Shown here: in pieces, positions 45,914-55,500 of the stretch
Layout of the letters: each line of letters begins with the position of its first letter
Numbering within the stretch: the stretch's first letter is position 1
Assembly (NCBI GenBank): GCA_017853315.1
Contig: JAFMJW010000002.1
Span: forward strand, 8,818-72,817
Direction: 5' to 3'
Source: Alphaproteobacteria bacterium
Lineage (GTDB): Bacteria > Desulfobacterota > Binatia > UBA12015
Length of the DNA stretch: 64,000 bases
Program-made: the position numbers and the translations under genes
The notes under the pieces: model-generated
Database searches by the model: none
What the model saw: only the letters and a program-made list of their open reading frames with translations
Told to the model about the DNA's origin: nothing

Positions 45914-47581
45914 TTGACCCCGGCGGGGGGCTCGAGCAAGACAGCCGCGGTGCCCTTCCCCGACTTCGAGCCGACGATCCCGGAGCTGCTGCGCCGGGCC
46001 GCGACCGCCCACGGCCGCCGGACGCTGGTCGTGCTGGGCGACCGCCGCCTCGATTACGCCGAAGCGGAGAGCCGCTCCGCGAGCCTCGCCCGGGGACTCC
46101 TCCTGGCGGGAGCGGGCAAGGGGACCCACGTCGCGCTGCTGATGCCCAACGGTCCGGACTGGATCGTCGCCTTCCTCGCCGCCGCGCGGATCGGCGCCGT
46201 CGTCGTCCCGGTGAACACCTTCTTCCGCGCGCGCGAGCTCGGGTGGTTGCTGCGCCACTCGGACACGGCCTTCCTGCTCGCCACCCGCTCGTTCCGCGGC
46301 CACGACTACGCGGCCCGCCTGCTGGAGGTGGCGCCCGACCTCGCCGGGGCCGCGCCCGGCGGACTGCGGCCGAACGCGCTGCCGCAGCTGCGCTCGGTGT
46401 TCCTCGACGACGCCGAGGGGCTCGCGTGGGCCGGCTCGATCGACGAGCTCTCGCGCCTCGGCGACGCGGGCGCGGAGTCGGGACCCGACCGCCTGCGCGC
46501 TGCCGAGGACGACGTGACCCCGGCCGATCGCGCGGTCGTCATCTACACCTCGGGCAGCACCGCCGAGCCGCGCGGCGCGATCCACACCCAGGGCACGATC
46601 GTGCGCCACGCCTTCAACGTGAACGCGTGCGCCGGGCGAGGACTCGGGCCCGAGGACCGCGTCTGGTCGCCGATGCCCTTCTTCTGGGTCGGCGGGCTCG
46701 TCGTCTCGTTCCTCGGCGCGATGCACGCGGGCGCCTGCCTGCTGTGCGAGGAGGCGTTCGACGCCGAACGTACCCTCGACCTGCTCGAGCGCGAGCGGGC
46801 GACGCTCGCCGCGGGCTGGCCGCACTACGGCAAGGCGATGGCCGCGCACCCGAGCTTCGCGCGCCGCGACCTCTCCTCGCTGCGCGCGGGCATGGTCGAG
46901 ATCCTGCCGCCGGAGCGCAGGCCGGCCGACCCCTCGCTGCGCACGAACTCGCTCGGCATGACCGAGACCTGCGGCCCGCACACCTTCGGGCGCGAGGGCG
47001 ATCCCCCCGAGACGTTGCGCGGCAGCTTCGGCCGCGCGCTCGACGGCGTCGAGCACAAGGTGATCGACCCCGAGTCCGGGGAAACGCTCCCGCCCGGCGT
47101 CGAGGGCGAGATCTGCGTGCGCGGCTACAGCCTGATGCAGGGCTTCTGGAAGGTCGAGCGCGAGCGGACCTTCGAGCCCGACGGCTTCTACCGCACCGGC
47201 GACGGCGGACGAATCGACGCGGACGGCTTCCTCTGGTTCACCGGCCGACTCGGCGACATGATCAAGACCGCGGGCGCGAACGTCGCGCCGAGCGAGGTCG
47301 AGCAGGTGCTCGCGGGCTTCCCCGGGATCAAGGAGGCGCACGTGGTCGGGGTGCCCGACCCGGCGCGCGGCCAGAACGTCGCCGCGGCGGTCGTGCTCGA
47401 GCCGGGATGTTCCCTCGACGCGTCGTCGCTGCGGGAGAGGCTGCGGGGCGAGCTCGCGGCCTACAAGGTGCCGCGCGAGGTCGTCTTCCTCGAGTCGCGC
47501 GAACTCCCGTTCACCGACAGCGGGAAGATCGACAAGCGCCGACTGCGCGCGGTGCTCGTCGAGCGACTTTCGGCCGCCTGA
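45914..47581 (+). CDS. AMP-dependent acyl-CoA synthetase/ligase
   Basis: 555 aa. Motifs: VIYTSGSTAEPRGAIHTQ, GMTETCG, YRTGDGG and a C-terminal SGKIDKRRL. The tracked start is TTG 45914, with an alternative GTG at 45950. Confidence 0.8.
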   Translation: MTPAGGSSKTAAVPFPDFEPTIPELLRRAATAHGRRTLVVLGDRRLDYAEAESRSASLARGLLLAGAGKGTHVALLMPNGPDWIVAFLAAARIGAVVVPVNTFFRARELGWLLRHSDTAFLLATRSFRGHDYAARLLEVAPDLAGAAPGGLRPNALPQLRSVFLDDAEGLAWAGSIDELSRLGDAGAESGPDRLRAAEDDVTPADRAVVIYTSGSTAEPRGAIHTQGTIVRHAFNVNACAGRGLGPEDRVWSPMPFFWVGGLVVSFLGAMHAGACLLCEEAFDAERTLDLLERERATLAAGWPHYGKAMAAHPSFARRDLSSLRAGMVEILPPERRPADPSLRTNSLGMTETCGPHTFGREGDPPETLRGSFGRALDGVEHKVIDPESGETLPPGVEGEICVRGYSLMQGFWKVERERTFEPDGFYRTGDGGRIDADGFLWFTGRLGDMIKTAGANVAPSEVEQVLAGFPGIKEAHVVGVPDPARGQNVAAAVVLEPGCSLDASSLRERLRGELAAYKVPREVVFLESRELPFTDSGKIDKRRLRAVLVERLSAA

Positions 47582-47616
47582 GCGCCTCGCGGGCGCGCGC
47601 CGGGGCCGGGGCCGCG

Positions 47617-47654
47617 GCGCGGCCCGGCAACGGTGTTCCGCCCCCGGGCCGCGC
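47617..47654. terminator. Strong GC hairpin between convergent genes (candidate bidirectional terminator)
   Basis: A perfect 11-bp stem, GCGCGGCCCGG (47617-47627) with CCGGGCCGCGC (47644-47654), encloses a 16-nt loop. A nested 7-bp hairpin lies at 47609-47625. No T tract. Confidence 0.35.
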
Positions 47655-47663
47655 GCTCTCCGC

Positions 47664-48569
47664 TCAGGTGTTCGGCTTGTCGCCGCTCGCCGCCGCCTTG
47701 CGCATCGCCTCGAGGCGGTCGATCAGCCCCATCCGCTCGACACCGACGGTCGAGGGCAGGCGCTGCTCGATCTCCTCGGGCGTCCAGCGGCCGTCCTTGA
47801 ACATCGCGCGGACCTCGACCGGCTGGTTCCAGACCGCGATCTTGCCGCCCGAGCAGGTGTAGACCTGCCCGGTGATCGACCGCGCCTTGTCCGACAGCAG
47901 GAACACGACCATCGGCGCGATGTCCTCGGCCTCGCCGATCCCCTGGATCTCCATCGGCACGTTCGCGCTCATGCGCGTCTTCGCGACCGGCGCGATGCAG
48001 TTCGCGGTCACGCCGTAGCGATGCATGCCGGCCGCGGCGCTGCGCACGAGCGAGACGATGCCGCCCTTCGCGGACGCGTAGTTCGCCTGCGCGACCGAGC
48101 CGGCGAAGGCGCCGGAGGTGAAGCCGATCAGCGTGCCGCTCTTCTGCTCGCGCATGGCCGCCGCCGCCGCGCGGAACACCGTGAACGTGCCCTTCAAGTG
48201 GGTCGCGAGCACCGGGTCCCAGTCCTCCTCGCCCATGTTGAAGAGCATGCGCTCGCGCAGGATGCCGGCGACGCAGACCACGCCGTCGATGCGACCGAAG
48301 GCGTCGATCGCCGACTTCACGATGCTCGCCCCGCCGTCCATCGTCGCGACCGAGTTCGCGTTGGCGACGGCCTCGCCGCCCATCTTGCGGATCTCCTCGA
48401 CGACGGAGTTGGCGACGTCGCTGGTCGGCTCCTTGCCGTCCATCGAGACGCCGTAGTCGTTGACGACCACCTTCGCGCCCTCGGCGGCGCAGGCGAGCGC
48501 GACCGCCCGCCCGATGCCCCGGCCGGAGCCGGTCACGGCGATGGATTTGCCCTCGAGATACTTGCCCAC
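47664..48569 (-). CDS. Short-chain dehydrogenase/reductase with C-terminal extension
   Basis: GTG 48569 is preceded by AGGAGGAG. Motifs: IAVTGSGRGIGRAVA and YASAKGG (YxxxK). 301 aa. The tracked N-terminal 152 aa are spurious. Confidence 0.85.
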   Translation of the reverse strand: MGKYLEGKSIAVTGSGRGIGRAVALACAAEGAKVVVNDYGVSMDGKEPTSDVANSVVEEIRKMGGEAVANANSVATMDGGASIVKSAIDAFGRIDGVVCVAGILRERMLFNMGEEDWDPVLATHLKGTFTVFRAAAAAMREQKSGTLIGFTSGAFAGSVAQANYASAKGGIVSLVRSAAAGMHRYGVTANCIAPVAKTRMSANVPMEIQGIGEAEDIAPMVVFLLSDKARSITGQVYTCSGGKIAVWNQPVEVRAMFKDGRWTPEEIEQRLPSTVGVERMGLIDRLEAMRKAAASGDKPNT

Positions 48570-48673
48570 GCTTGCTCTCCTCCTGGGGTTCCGTCGTGCG
48601 GGTCGAGCGGCGCGGGAGGCGCCGCCGGCGGGACCATAGGACGCAGGGTCGGCCGCGACAAACGACGGCGCGG

Positions 48674-49069
48674 TCAGCGCCGCGGCCGGCGAACCGGCTC
48701 CCGCGGCGCGATCTCCGCGATCCGGGCGATCGCGACACGGCAGACGACGAGGTAGGGAAGGGCGATCGCCGGCACGCCGAAGCCCACCCGGCAGGCGTCC
48801 TCGCCGGTCGACTCGACCCGGTGGCCCGTCGCCGGAACTCCGGCGACCGACCACGACCACGACCGGCCGGGCTCGAAGCTCGTCACCTCGAACGGGAGGT
48901 CGAAGCCGAGCGCGGTCGTGACCAGCCCGCGAGTACCGTCGCCGAAGCGCTCCGAGAGGAGGCGTGCCGAACGCACCGAGGGGCCCCACTCGGGCCAGCG
49001 CTCGACGTCGACGAGGAGGTTCCACGCGACCTCGGCGGGAGCCGCGACGTCACCCCACGTCCACAGCAC
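48674..49069 (-). CDS. SRPBCC (START/polyketide cyclase-like) family protein
   Basis: 131 aa with the typical N-terminus VAAPAEVAWNLLVDVERWPEWGPSV. Confidence 0.65.
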   Translation of the reverse strand: MLWTWGDVAAPAEVAWNLLVDVERWPEWGPSVRSARLLSERFGDGTRGLVTTALGFDLPFEVTSFEPGRSWSWSVAGVPATGHRVESTGEDACRVGFGVPAIALPYLVVCRVAIARIAEIAPREPVRRPRR

Positions 49070-49168
49070 GCGCGCCTCTCGACCGGGGCGGCCGGATCGC
49101 CCGGCCGAAGCCGCGCGTCGACCCGGCGACGAAACGAAGAGGCGGCCCCGTCCGGGACCCGCGCCTCG

Positions 49169-49672
49169 TCAGGGAACGCGACGGATCGTCTCGCAGCTCG
49201 TGCTCGCGGTGTCCTCGAGCGTCTGGCCGCCGTTGCAGCGGTCGTCGCTGCCGCCACCGCCGAAGATTTCGTCGGCGCCGAAGCTGCCCTTCAGGACGTC
49301 GTTCTTCGGCCCGCCCTCGAGGTGGTCGTCGCCCTTGCCGCCGCGGATCAGGTCGGGGCCGTCGCCGCCGAACAGCCGATCGTGGCCGTTGCCGCCGAGG
49401 ATCGTGTCGGCGCCCTTGCCGCCGCAGATCGTGTCGTCCCCGCCGCCGCCCTTGATGTAGTCGTCGCCCTCCGCGCCGTAGATCACGTCCGCCTTGCTGG
49501 TGCCGACGATCGTGTCGTCGCCGGGGGTCCCGCAGATCGTCGGCTGCTTGCCGTCGCAGGTGGGCTCCGTGCCGTTGCACGGGTAGGGAGGCAGGTCGGC
49601 ACGGGCCGCCGTCGCGCAGGCGAGCAGGCCGGCTGCGGCGAGCAGAGCCGCGCGGGTGGGCCAGGGCTTCAT
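49169..49672 (-). CDS. Small secreted protein with hemolysin-type (RTX-like) calcium-binding repeats
   Basis: ATG 49672 is preceded by GGAGAA. The signal peptide is MKPWPTRAALLAAAGLLACATAARA. GGxGxD nonapeptide runs are present (GAEGDDYIKGGGGDDTICGGKGADTILGGNGHDRLFGGDGPDLIRGGKGDDHLEGG). Cys-containing caps flank the repeats. 167 aa. Confidence 0.75.
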   Translation of the reverse strand: MKPWPTRAALLAAAGLLACATAARADLPPYPCNGTEPTCDGKQPTICGTPGDDTIVGTSKADVIYGAEGDDYIKGGGGDDTICGGKGADTILGGNGHDRLFGGDGPDLIRGGKGDDHLEGGPKNDVLKGSFGADEIFGGGGSDDRCNGGQTLEDTASTSCETIRRVP

Positions 49673-49803
49673 GTCGTTCTCCATGTTCGACGGGACGGCG
49701 GCCCGAGGCTCCCGGGCCGGGTGTCGACCCCGCCGAGGAAACCATCCTCGCCAGCGGCGGTCAACCCGTGAAACTCGCCCGAAAAGCAGGCAGGCGCGGA
49801 GAA

Positions 49804-50610
49804 TCACTGCCAGCGCGTCATGAGCAGGGCCATTCCGACGCCGACCGCCACGATCGCCCGGCGCACCCAGCTCCGGGGCACGGCCCGGACCAGCGAGGCC
49901 CCGCCGAAGCCGCCGACCACCTGTCCGACGGTCATGATCGCGGCGACCGGCCAGTCGACCGCCCCGCCGCGGACGAACCAGGCGGCCGCGATGCCGTTGA
50001 TCACGGTCGCGAGACAGGTCCGCACCGCCATGCGCCGGTGGAGATCGCGCAGTCCCAGGATCCCGAGCGACGCGAGCATCATGATCCCGATGCCCGCCCC
50101 GAAGTAGCCGCCGTAGAGCGCGATCGGAAGCTGGAGAGCCGCGGCCCGCCACGGCGACCGCGGCGGCGGCTCGTCGACGCCGAGCGGCGACGGCGGCCGT
50201 GCTCCGTCGGAGAGGTGCACGAGGATCTCCTGGGCGGCGAACACTCCCGTCGCGAACAGGATGAGCGCGGGCACGAGCCGCACGAAGACCTTCTCCGGCG
50301 TCGCGAGCAGCAGGAACGCTCCGGCGAGGCCGCCCGCGAGCGACGGCAGCAGGAGCGCGCGCAACCAGGTGCGCGAGCGATCGATCTCGCCGCGGAACGG
50401 GACCATCGCCGCGATCGAGCCGGGAAAGATCGAGATCGTGTTGGTGCCGTTCGCGACGATCGGAGGCAGCCCCGCCCACACGAGCGCCGGAAAGGTGAGC
50501 AGCGAGCCGCCGCCGGCGAGCGCGTTGGTCGCACCGGCAGCGACGGCGACGAGAAAGAGCGCGACCGCGCGCGCCGCGGTCACGGACGCGACCCTTCCGA
50601 GGCGAGGCAC
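49804..50610 (-). CDS. TauE/SafE-family anion (sulfite-type) exporter
   Basis: 268 aa with 7-8 TM helices. Family segments: ATNALAGGGSLLTFPAL and GGYFGAGIGIMMLA. The exact start is uncertain. Confidence 0.8.
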   Translation of the reverse strand: MPRLGRVASVTAARAVALFLVAVAAGATNALAGGGSLLTFPALVWAGLPPIVANGTNTISIFPGSIAAMVPFRGEIDRSRTWLRALLLPSLAGGLAGAFLLLATPEKVFVRLVPALILFATGVFAAQEILVHLSDGARPPSPLGVDEPPPRSPWRAAALQLPIALYGGYFGAGIGIMMLASLGILGLRDLHRRMAVRTCLATVINGIAAAWFVRGGAVDWPVAAIMTVGQVVGGFGGASLVRAVPRSWVRRAIVAVGVGMALLMTRWQ

Positions 50611-50656
50611 GGCCGCGCCGCCGGCGGCAGGGCGCGAGGATCGTCTTCGCGAGCGC

Positions 50657-51121
50657 TCAGCGCACGAGCTCCCATACCGGCAGCACGACGCGCTCGGTGA
50701 GCGGCTTGAACACGACGCGCACGCGCTTGCCGATCGCGACCTCGTCGGGCGTGCAGCCGACCATGTAGCCGACCAGCCGCGGCCCCTCGTCGAGCTCGAC
50801 CACCACCATCGCGAGCGGCAGCAGATCCTTGAACGCAGGCAGGAAGGGCTCGCGGCCGAGCACCCAGGTGTAGATCGTGCCGGTGCCCTTCGCGTCGACC
50901 CACTCGAGGCGGCCCCCGCCCTTCCAGGTCGCGGGCTTGGGCGGCCAGTGGAAGGCGCCGGTCTCGCGGTCGCGCTGGACGCGGAGACGCCGCTCGCGGC
51001 AGCCGTCCCAGAAGGGACGGGTGACCGGGTGGTCGACGTCGGGCAGCGGGTAGTCGGGGTGCAGGTCGCCGATCGGCCGATCGGGCCCGCCGCCGCTCTC
51101 GGGACGCCTCACCTCGCTCAT
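50657..51121 (-). CDS. DUF35 OB-fold protein (thiolase partner)
   Basis: 154 aa. The family start is PFWDGCRERRLRVQRD. The rubredoxin-like Cys residues are largely replaced. The OB-fold segment is GTIYTWVLG...MVVVELDEGPRLVGYMV. It lies 8 nt downstream of the thiolase-like gene. Confidence 0.8.
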   Translation of the reverse strand: MSEVRRPESGGGPDRPIGDLHPDYPLPDVDHPVTRPFWDGCRERRLRVQRDRETGAFHWPPKPATWKGGGRLEWVDAKGTGTIYTWVLGREPFLPAFKDLLPLAMVVVELDEGPRLVGYMVGCTPDEVAIGKRVRVVFKPLTERVVLPVWELVR

Positions 51122-51128
51122 CGCGCCC

Positions 51129-52319
51129 TCACTCCCCGCGCACGATCATCGCGCTGGTCGCGACGCCCGACGCCCCGGTGACGAGCACGTTGCGGCAGCC
51201 GGGGACCTGCGCGGTCGAGTCGCCCCGCACCTGGCGCACGGCCTCGAGGATCAGGTTGAAGCCGTGCACGTAGGCCTCCGAGAGACCGCCGCCCGAGGTG
51301 AGCGTCGGCAGCTCGCCGCCGAGCTCGAGGCGTCCGCCCTCGGTGAAGGGCCCGCCCTCGCCGGGCTTGCAGAAGCCGTAGTCCTCGAGGCCCATGATCA
51401 CGAGCGGCGTGAACGCGTCGTAGATCTGTGCGCAGTCGATGTCGGCGGGCTTCATCTCGGCGCGCGACCAGAGCTGCTGCGCACACGGCACCGCGGTCGT
51501 CTGCAGGTCGGGCGTGTTGTAGTTCGCGAGGTGCACCGGGTTCGGGCCCGACGCCTGCGCGACCGAGTGCACGAGCACGGGCTTGCGGCGCAGGTCGCGC
51601 GCGCGCTCGACCGAGGTGACGACGCAGGCGAGCGCGCCGTCGGTCTCGAGGCAGCAGTCGTAGAGCGTGAGCGGGTCGCTCACCGCGCGGCCGGCGAGGT
51701 AGGTCGCCATGTCGAGCGGACGGCCGTGCATCATCGCGCCCGGGTTGCGATTCGCATGCTTGCGCGCGGCGATCGCGACGTTGCCGAGCTGCTCGCGCGT
51801 GGTCCCGAAGCGGTGCATGTGGCGCTGCGCCCACATGCCGATCACGTCGACGGGCCGGATGAGCCCCCACGGCACGTGCAGCGCCTTGTCGTCGGCGACG
51901 AGCTCGCGCTCCTGCGCCCAGGGGCGCGACGCCTTCGATCCGCGGTTGCGGGCGCGGTGGCAGACCACCACCTCGGCGAGGCCGGTCGCGATCGCGGCGG
52001 CCGCGTGCATGATCGTCGCGCAGGAGGCGCCGCCGCCGTAGGAGATCTTGTCCCACCAGCGCAGGTTCCGGACGCCGAGACCGCGGGCGATCGTCACCTC
52101 GTGGGTGTGCTCCATCTCGAACATCGACATGCCGTCGACGTCCTCGGTCTCGAGCCCGGCGTCCTCGACCGCGAGCCGGATCGCGTCGATCGCGGTGTCG
52201 GAGATCGGACGCCCGATGTCCTTCGCAAACGGCAGCTGCCCGATGCCGACGATCGCGACGCGGTCGCGGATGCGACGGAAGAGGTCGCGGTCGATCGCGT
52301 CGGCGGCCATGCGACGCAC
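51129..52319 (-). CDS. Thiolase-like (Ltp/SCP-x-related) protein
   Basis: 396 aa. Family segments: VAIVGIGQLPFAKD and GGGASCATIMHAAAAIATG. It has the gene pairing with DUF35 typical of this family. The start may instead be the Met three codons downstream (52310). Confidence 0.85.
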   Translation of the reverse strand: MRRMAADAIDRDLFRRIRDRVAIVGIGQLPFAKDIGRPISDTAIDAIRLAVEDAGLETEDVDGMSMFEMEHTHEVTIARGLGVRNLRWWDKISYGGGASCATIMHAAAAIATGLAEVVVCHRARNRGSKASRPWAQERELVADDKALHVPWGLIRPVDVIGMWAQRHMHRFGTTREQLGNVAIAARKHANRNPGAMMHGRPLDMATYLAGRAVSDPLTLYDCCLETDGALACVVTSVERARDLRRKPVLVHSVAQASGPNPVHLANYNTPDLQTTAVPCAQQLWSRAEMKPADIDCAQIYDAFTPLVIMGLEDYGFCKPGEGGPFTEGGRLELGGELPTLTSGGGLSEAYVHGFNLILEAVRQVRGDSTAQVPGCRNVLVTGASGVATSAMIVRGE

Positions 52320-52532
52320 CTAGCGGATCGGGGTCCGGGGCGGTAGGCGCCGGCGGCCCGGAGCCGGGGGACGGCGACCGTGACGTCTTCGAGGGTCTCG
52401 GTCCGACCCGGCGAGGGGCACCGCCGCCCGGTCTCGACCTCCGGGACCTCGAAGGGGCCGGAGACGGGGCGGTGCCAGCGCGGAGCGATTCGGGCATTGT
52501 ACCCGGGGGGAGCCGGCGGTATTCCTGCCAAA

Positions 52533-55500
52533 GTGCGAACGAGGCCCGGCCTTCTCGCTTCCGTCGCCACGGCCTTCGCCGTCGCGATCCTCGCATCGGC
52601 GACCGCCCGCGCGGACGGGATCGACGACCTGAACGCGAGCTGGGTGGGCCGCGCGTTGCGCGCCCAGCGGCGCATCGACCTCGACACCCCGATCAGCGAC
52701 ACGAGTCTCGTCGGCGCGCACAACAGCTTCAACTCGGAGGCCTACGCGTCGGGCATCCGCTACCTCGACCCCAACCAGCGTCACTCGACCTTCGACCAGC
52801 TCCGCATGGGAGCCCGCGCGATCGAGTTCGACGTCCACTGGACGACGAAGAGGGACGGCCTGTCGTTCTCGAACCGACTCCTTCTCTGCCACGGCACGGC
52901 GAGCCACCTCGGCTGCGGACTCGACGACCGGACCTTCGAGGAGGGCCTCGACGAGATCGTCGCCTGGCTCGGGACCGCCGACTCGATCGGGCAGGTCCTG
53001 ATCCTGCACGTCGAGGACCACGTGGAGGGCCGGCACGGGGAGGCCTTCGCACGCGTCGCCGAGCGCCTGGGCGACCGCATCTGGGCAAGCGGCGGCTGCT
53101 CCGACATCCCCGCGAACCTGACGAAGTCCCAGGTGCTCGCCGCCGGCAAGCAGGTCATCGTCTGGAACGAGGGCGGCTGCAGCGGCGACGGCAACTGGAA
53201 CTCGATGGTGTTCACCGGCCTCGGTTCGATCACCCGGGTGTGGGAGGACTCGACCACGCTCGGCGGCGGCTCGGTCCCGCCGATCGGTTCCGGCGAGATC
53301 GCGAGTCTCCACGCATCCGGGATCAACCTGGTCGACCTCGACCAGCTCGATCCGGGCGACGGCCGGTGGGCGGCGGCCGTGTGGAGTTGGGCGGCGGGCG
53401 AGCCCAACGACCTCGGCGGCGAGGACTGTGCCGCCCAGCAGGCGGACGGCCGCTGGAACGACGTCGACTGCCGGCTCGAAAAGGCGTTCGCCTGCGAGAA
53501 CCTCGCGACCGGAGGCTGGGCGGTCACCTCGGAACAGGGCTCCTTCGGCCGTGGCGCGCTCGCCTGCCGGCGGCTCGGCCCCGACTTCCGCTTCGCCGTA
53601 CCCACCAACGCACAGGACAACCAGCTGCTCGCCGCAGCGCGCGCGGCGGCCGGCCGCTCCTCGGCGTGGCTCGCGCACGACGACCGGGACGTCGAGGGGG
53701 ACTGGCGGATCCGCAGCGGCGACGACCTCTTCTGGGACCGGGGCGGGCTGGTCCTCGATGCGGGCGCGTCCGTGCGAGGCGCGAGCCGCATGCTGCGCAT
53801 GGAGCCGAACTGCAACCTCGTGCTCTACTCGCTCGACGGAGACGAGGTCGGCCGCGGGCTTTGGACGAGCGGCACGGCGAACCTCGGCGTGAACTGCCGC
53901 GCGGAGTTCGGATCCGACGGCATCCTCGCGGTCCGCGACGGTGCGGGCCGCGCGCTCTGGAACTCGGGTGCGGGCGGAACCGAACTCGTCCTGCAGTCCG
54001 ACGGCAACCTGGTCCTCTACGACGACGGCCGGGTCGCCCGCTGGTCGACGTTCACGAACGCGGGCGACGAGGCGACCTTCGAGGCAGGCCGGTTCACGCT
54101 CACCCCGGGGCAACGCGTCGGGACCCGGAGTCTCGAACTCGCGCTGACCGTCGACGGCAACCTCGTCGTCTCCAGCGTCGACAACGGTTTCGTCGGCGGC
54201 GTTCTCTGGCGCAGCGGCACGACGGGCCCGGGGGGGCGCGCGGAGTTCCAGTCCGACGGCAACCTCGTCGTCTACGACGGCGCGGGCCGGGCGCTCTGGG
54301 CCGCGGGGACGTCCGGGACCGCGAACGCGACGCTTCGACTGCAATCGGACGGCAACGTCGCGATCTACAACGGCGCCGGAGAGCCCCTCTGGTCGACGAT
54401 GACGAACACGCCCGCGCAGGCGGTCCTTCGCGCCGGGCAGTTCGCCCTCGACCGAGGGGACTGGGTCCAGACCCGCAGCCGGAAGCTCGAACTGACCGCG
54501 ACCTGCGACCTCGTGCTGTCGAGCGTCGACAACGCGGTGGTCGGCGGCGCGCTCTGGCGCAGCGGCACCTCGGCCTCGAGCTGCCGCGCCGACTTCCAGG
54601 CCGACGGGAACTTCGTCCTCTACGACGGCGAGGGGCACGCGCTCTGGGCCGCGGGAACCTCCGGCACGGCCAACGCCGAGCTCCGCATCCAGCCGGACGG
54701 CAACGTCGTCGTCTACAACGGCGCGGGCGAGCCGCTCTGGACGACGCAGACCCGCCTGCCGACCGAGTCCTCGTTCCTCGCGGGACGGTTCGCGCTCACG
54801 CCCGGGCAGTTCGTCCTGCAGGCGAATCGTTTCCTCGAGCTGCGCGACGACTGCCAGCTGGTCCTCCACTCGCTCGTGAACGGCGCGCGCGGGCTCCGGG
54901 TGTGGGACTCGAACACCGCGGGAGCCGGCACGAACTGCCGGCTCGACTTCCAGTCCGACGGCAACCTCGTCCTCTACGACGGGTCCGGACGATCGCTCTG
55001 GGCGGCCGGCACCTCGGGGACGACGGGCGCGGTGTTCCGCATCCAGTCCGACGGGAACATGGTGATCTACAACGGCGCGGGCGAGCCCCTGTGGACGAGC
55101 CAGACCCCCGGGAACTTCTCGGAGGTCGCCGTGTGCGGGGATGCGACGTGCAACGGGTCCGAGGCCTGCGGCTCCTGCGCATCCGATTGCGGTGCGTGCC
55201 CGCCGTCCTGCGACTGCGGCGACGGCGTGGTCGAACCGTCGTGCGGCGAGCAGTGCGACGACGCAGCCGCGCCCGGCGGCTGCTGCTCCGCCGACTGCCG
55301 GATCGAGCCGGCCGGGACCGCGTGCAGGGCCGCGGCCGGCGACTGCGACGTCGCGGAAGCCTGCGACGGGACCTCGGCCACCTGCCCGCAGGACCGCGTG
55401 GCGGGCGCGGGGTTCCCGTGTCGGCCGGCGGACGGTGCCTGCGACCTCGTGGAGAGCTGCGACGGAGCGTCGACCGCCTGCCCGCAGGACCGGGTCGCGG

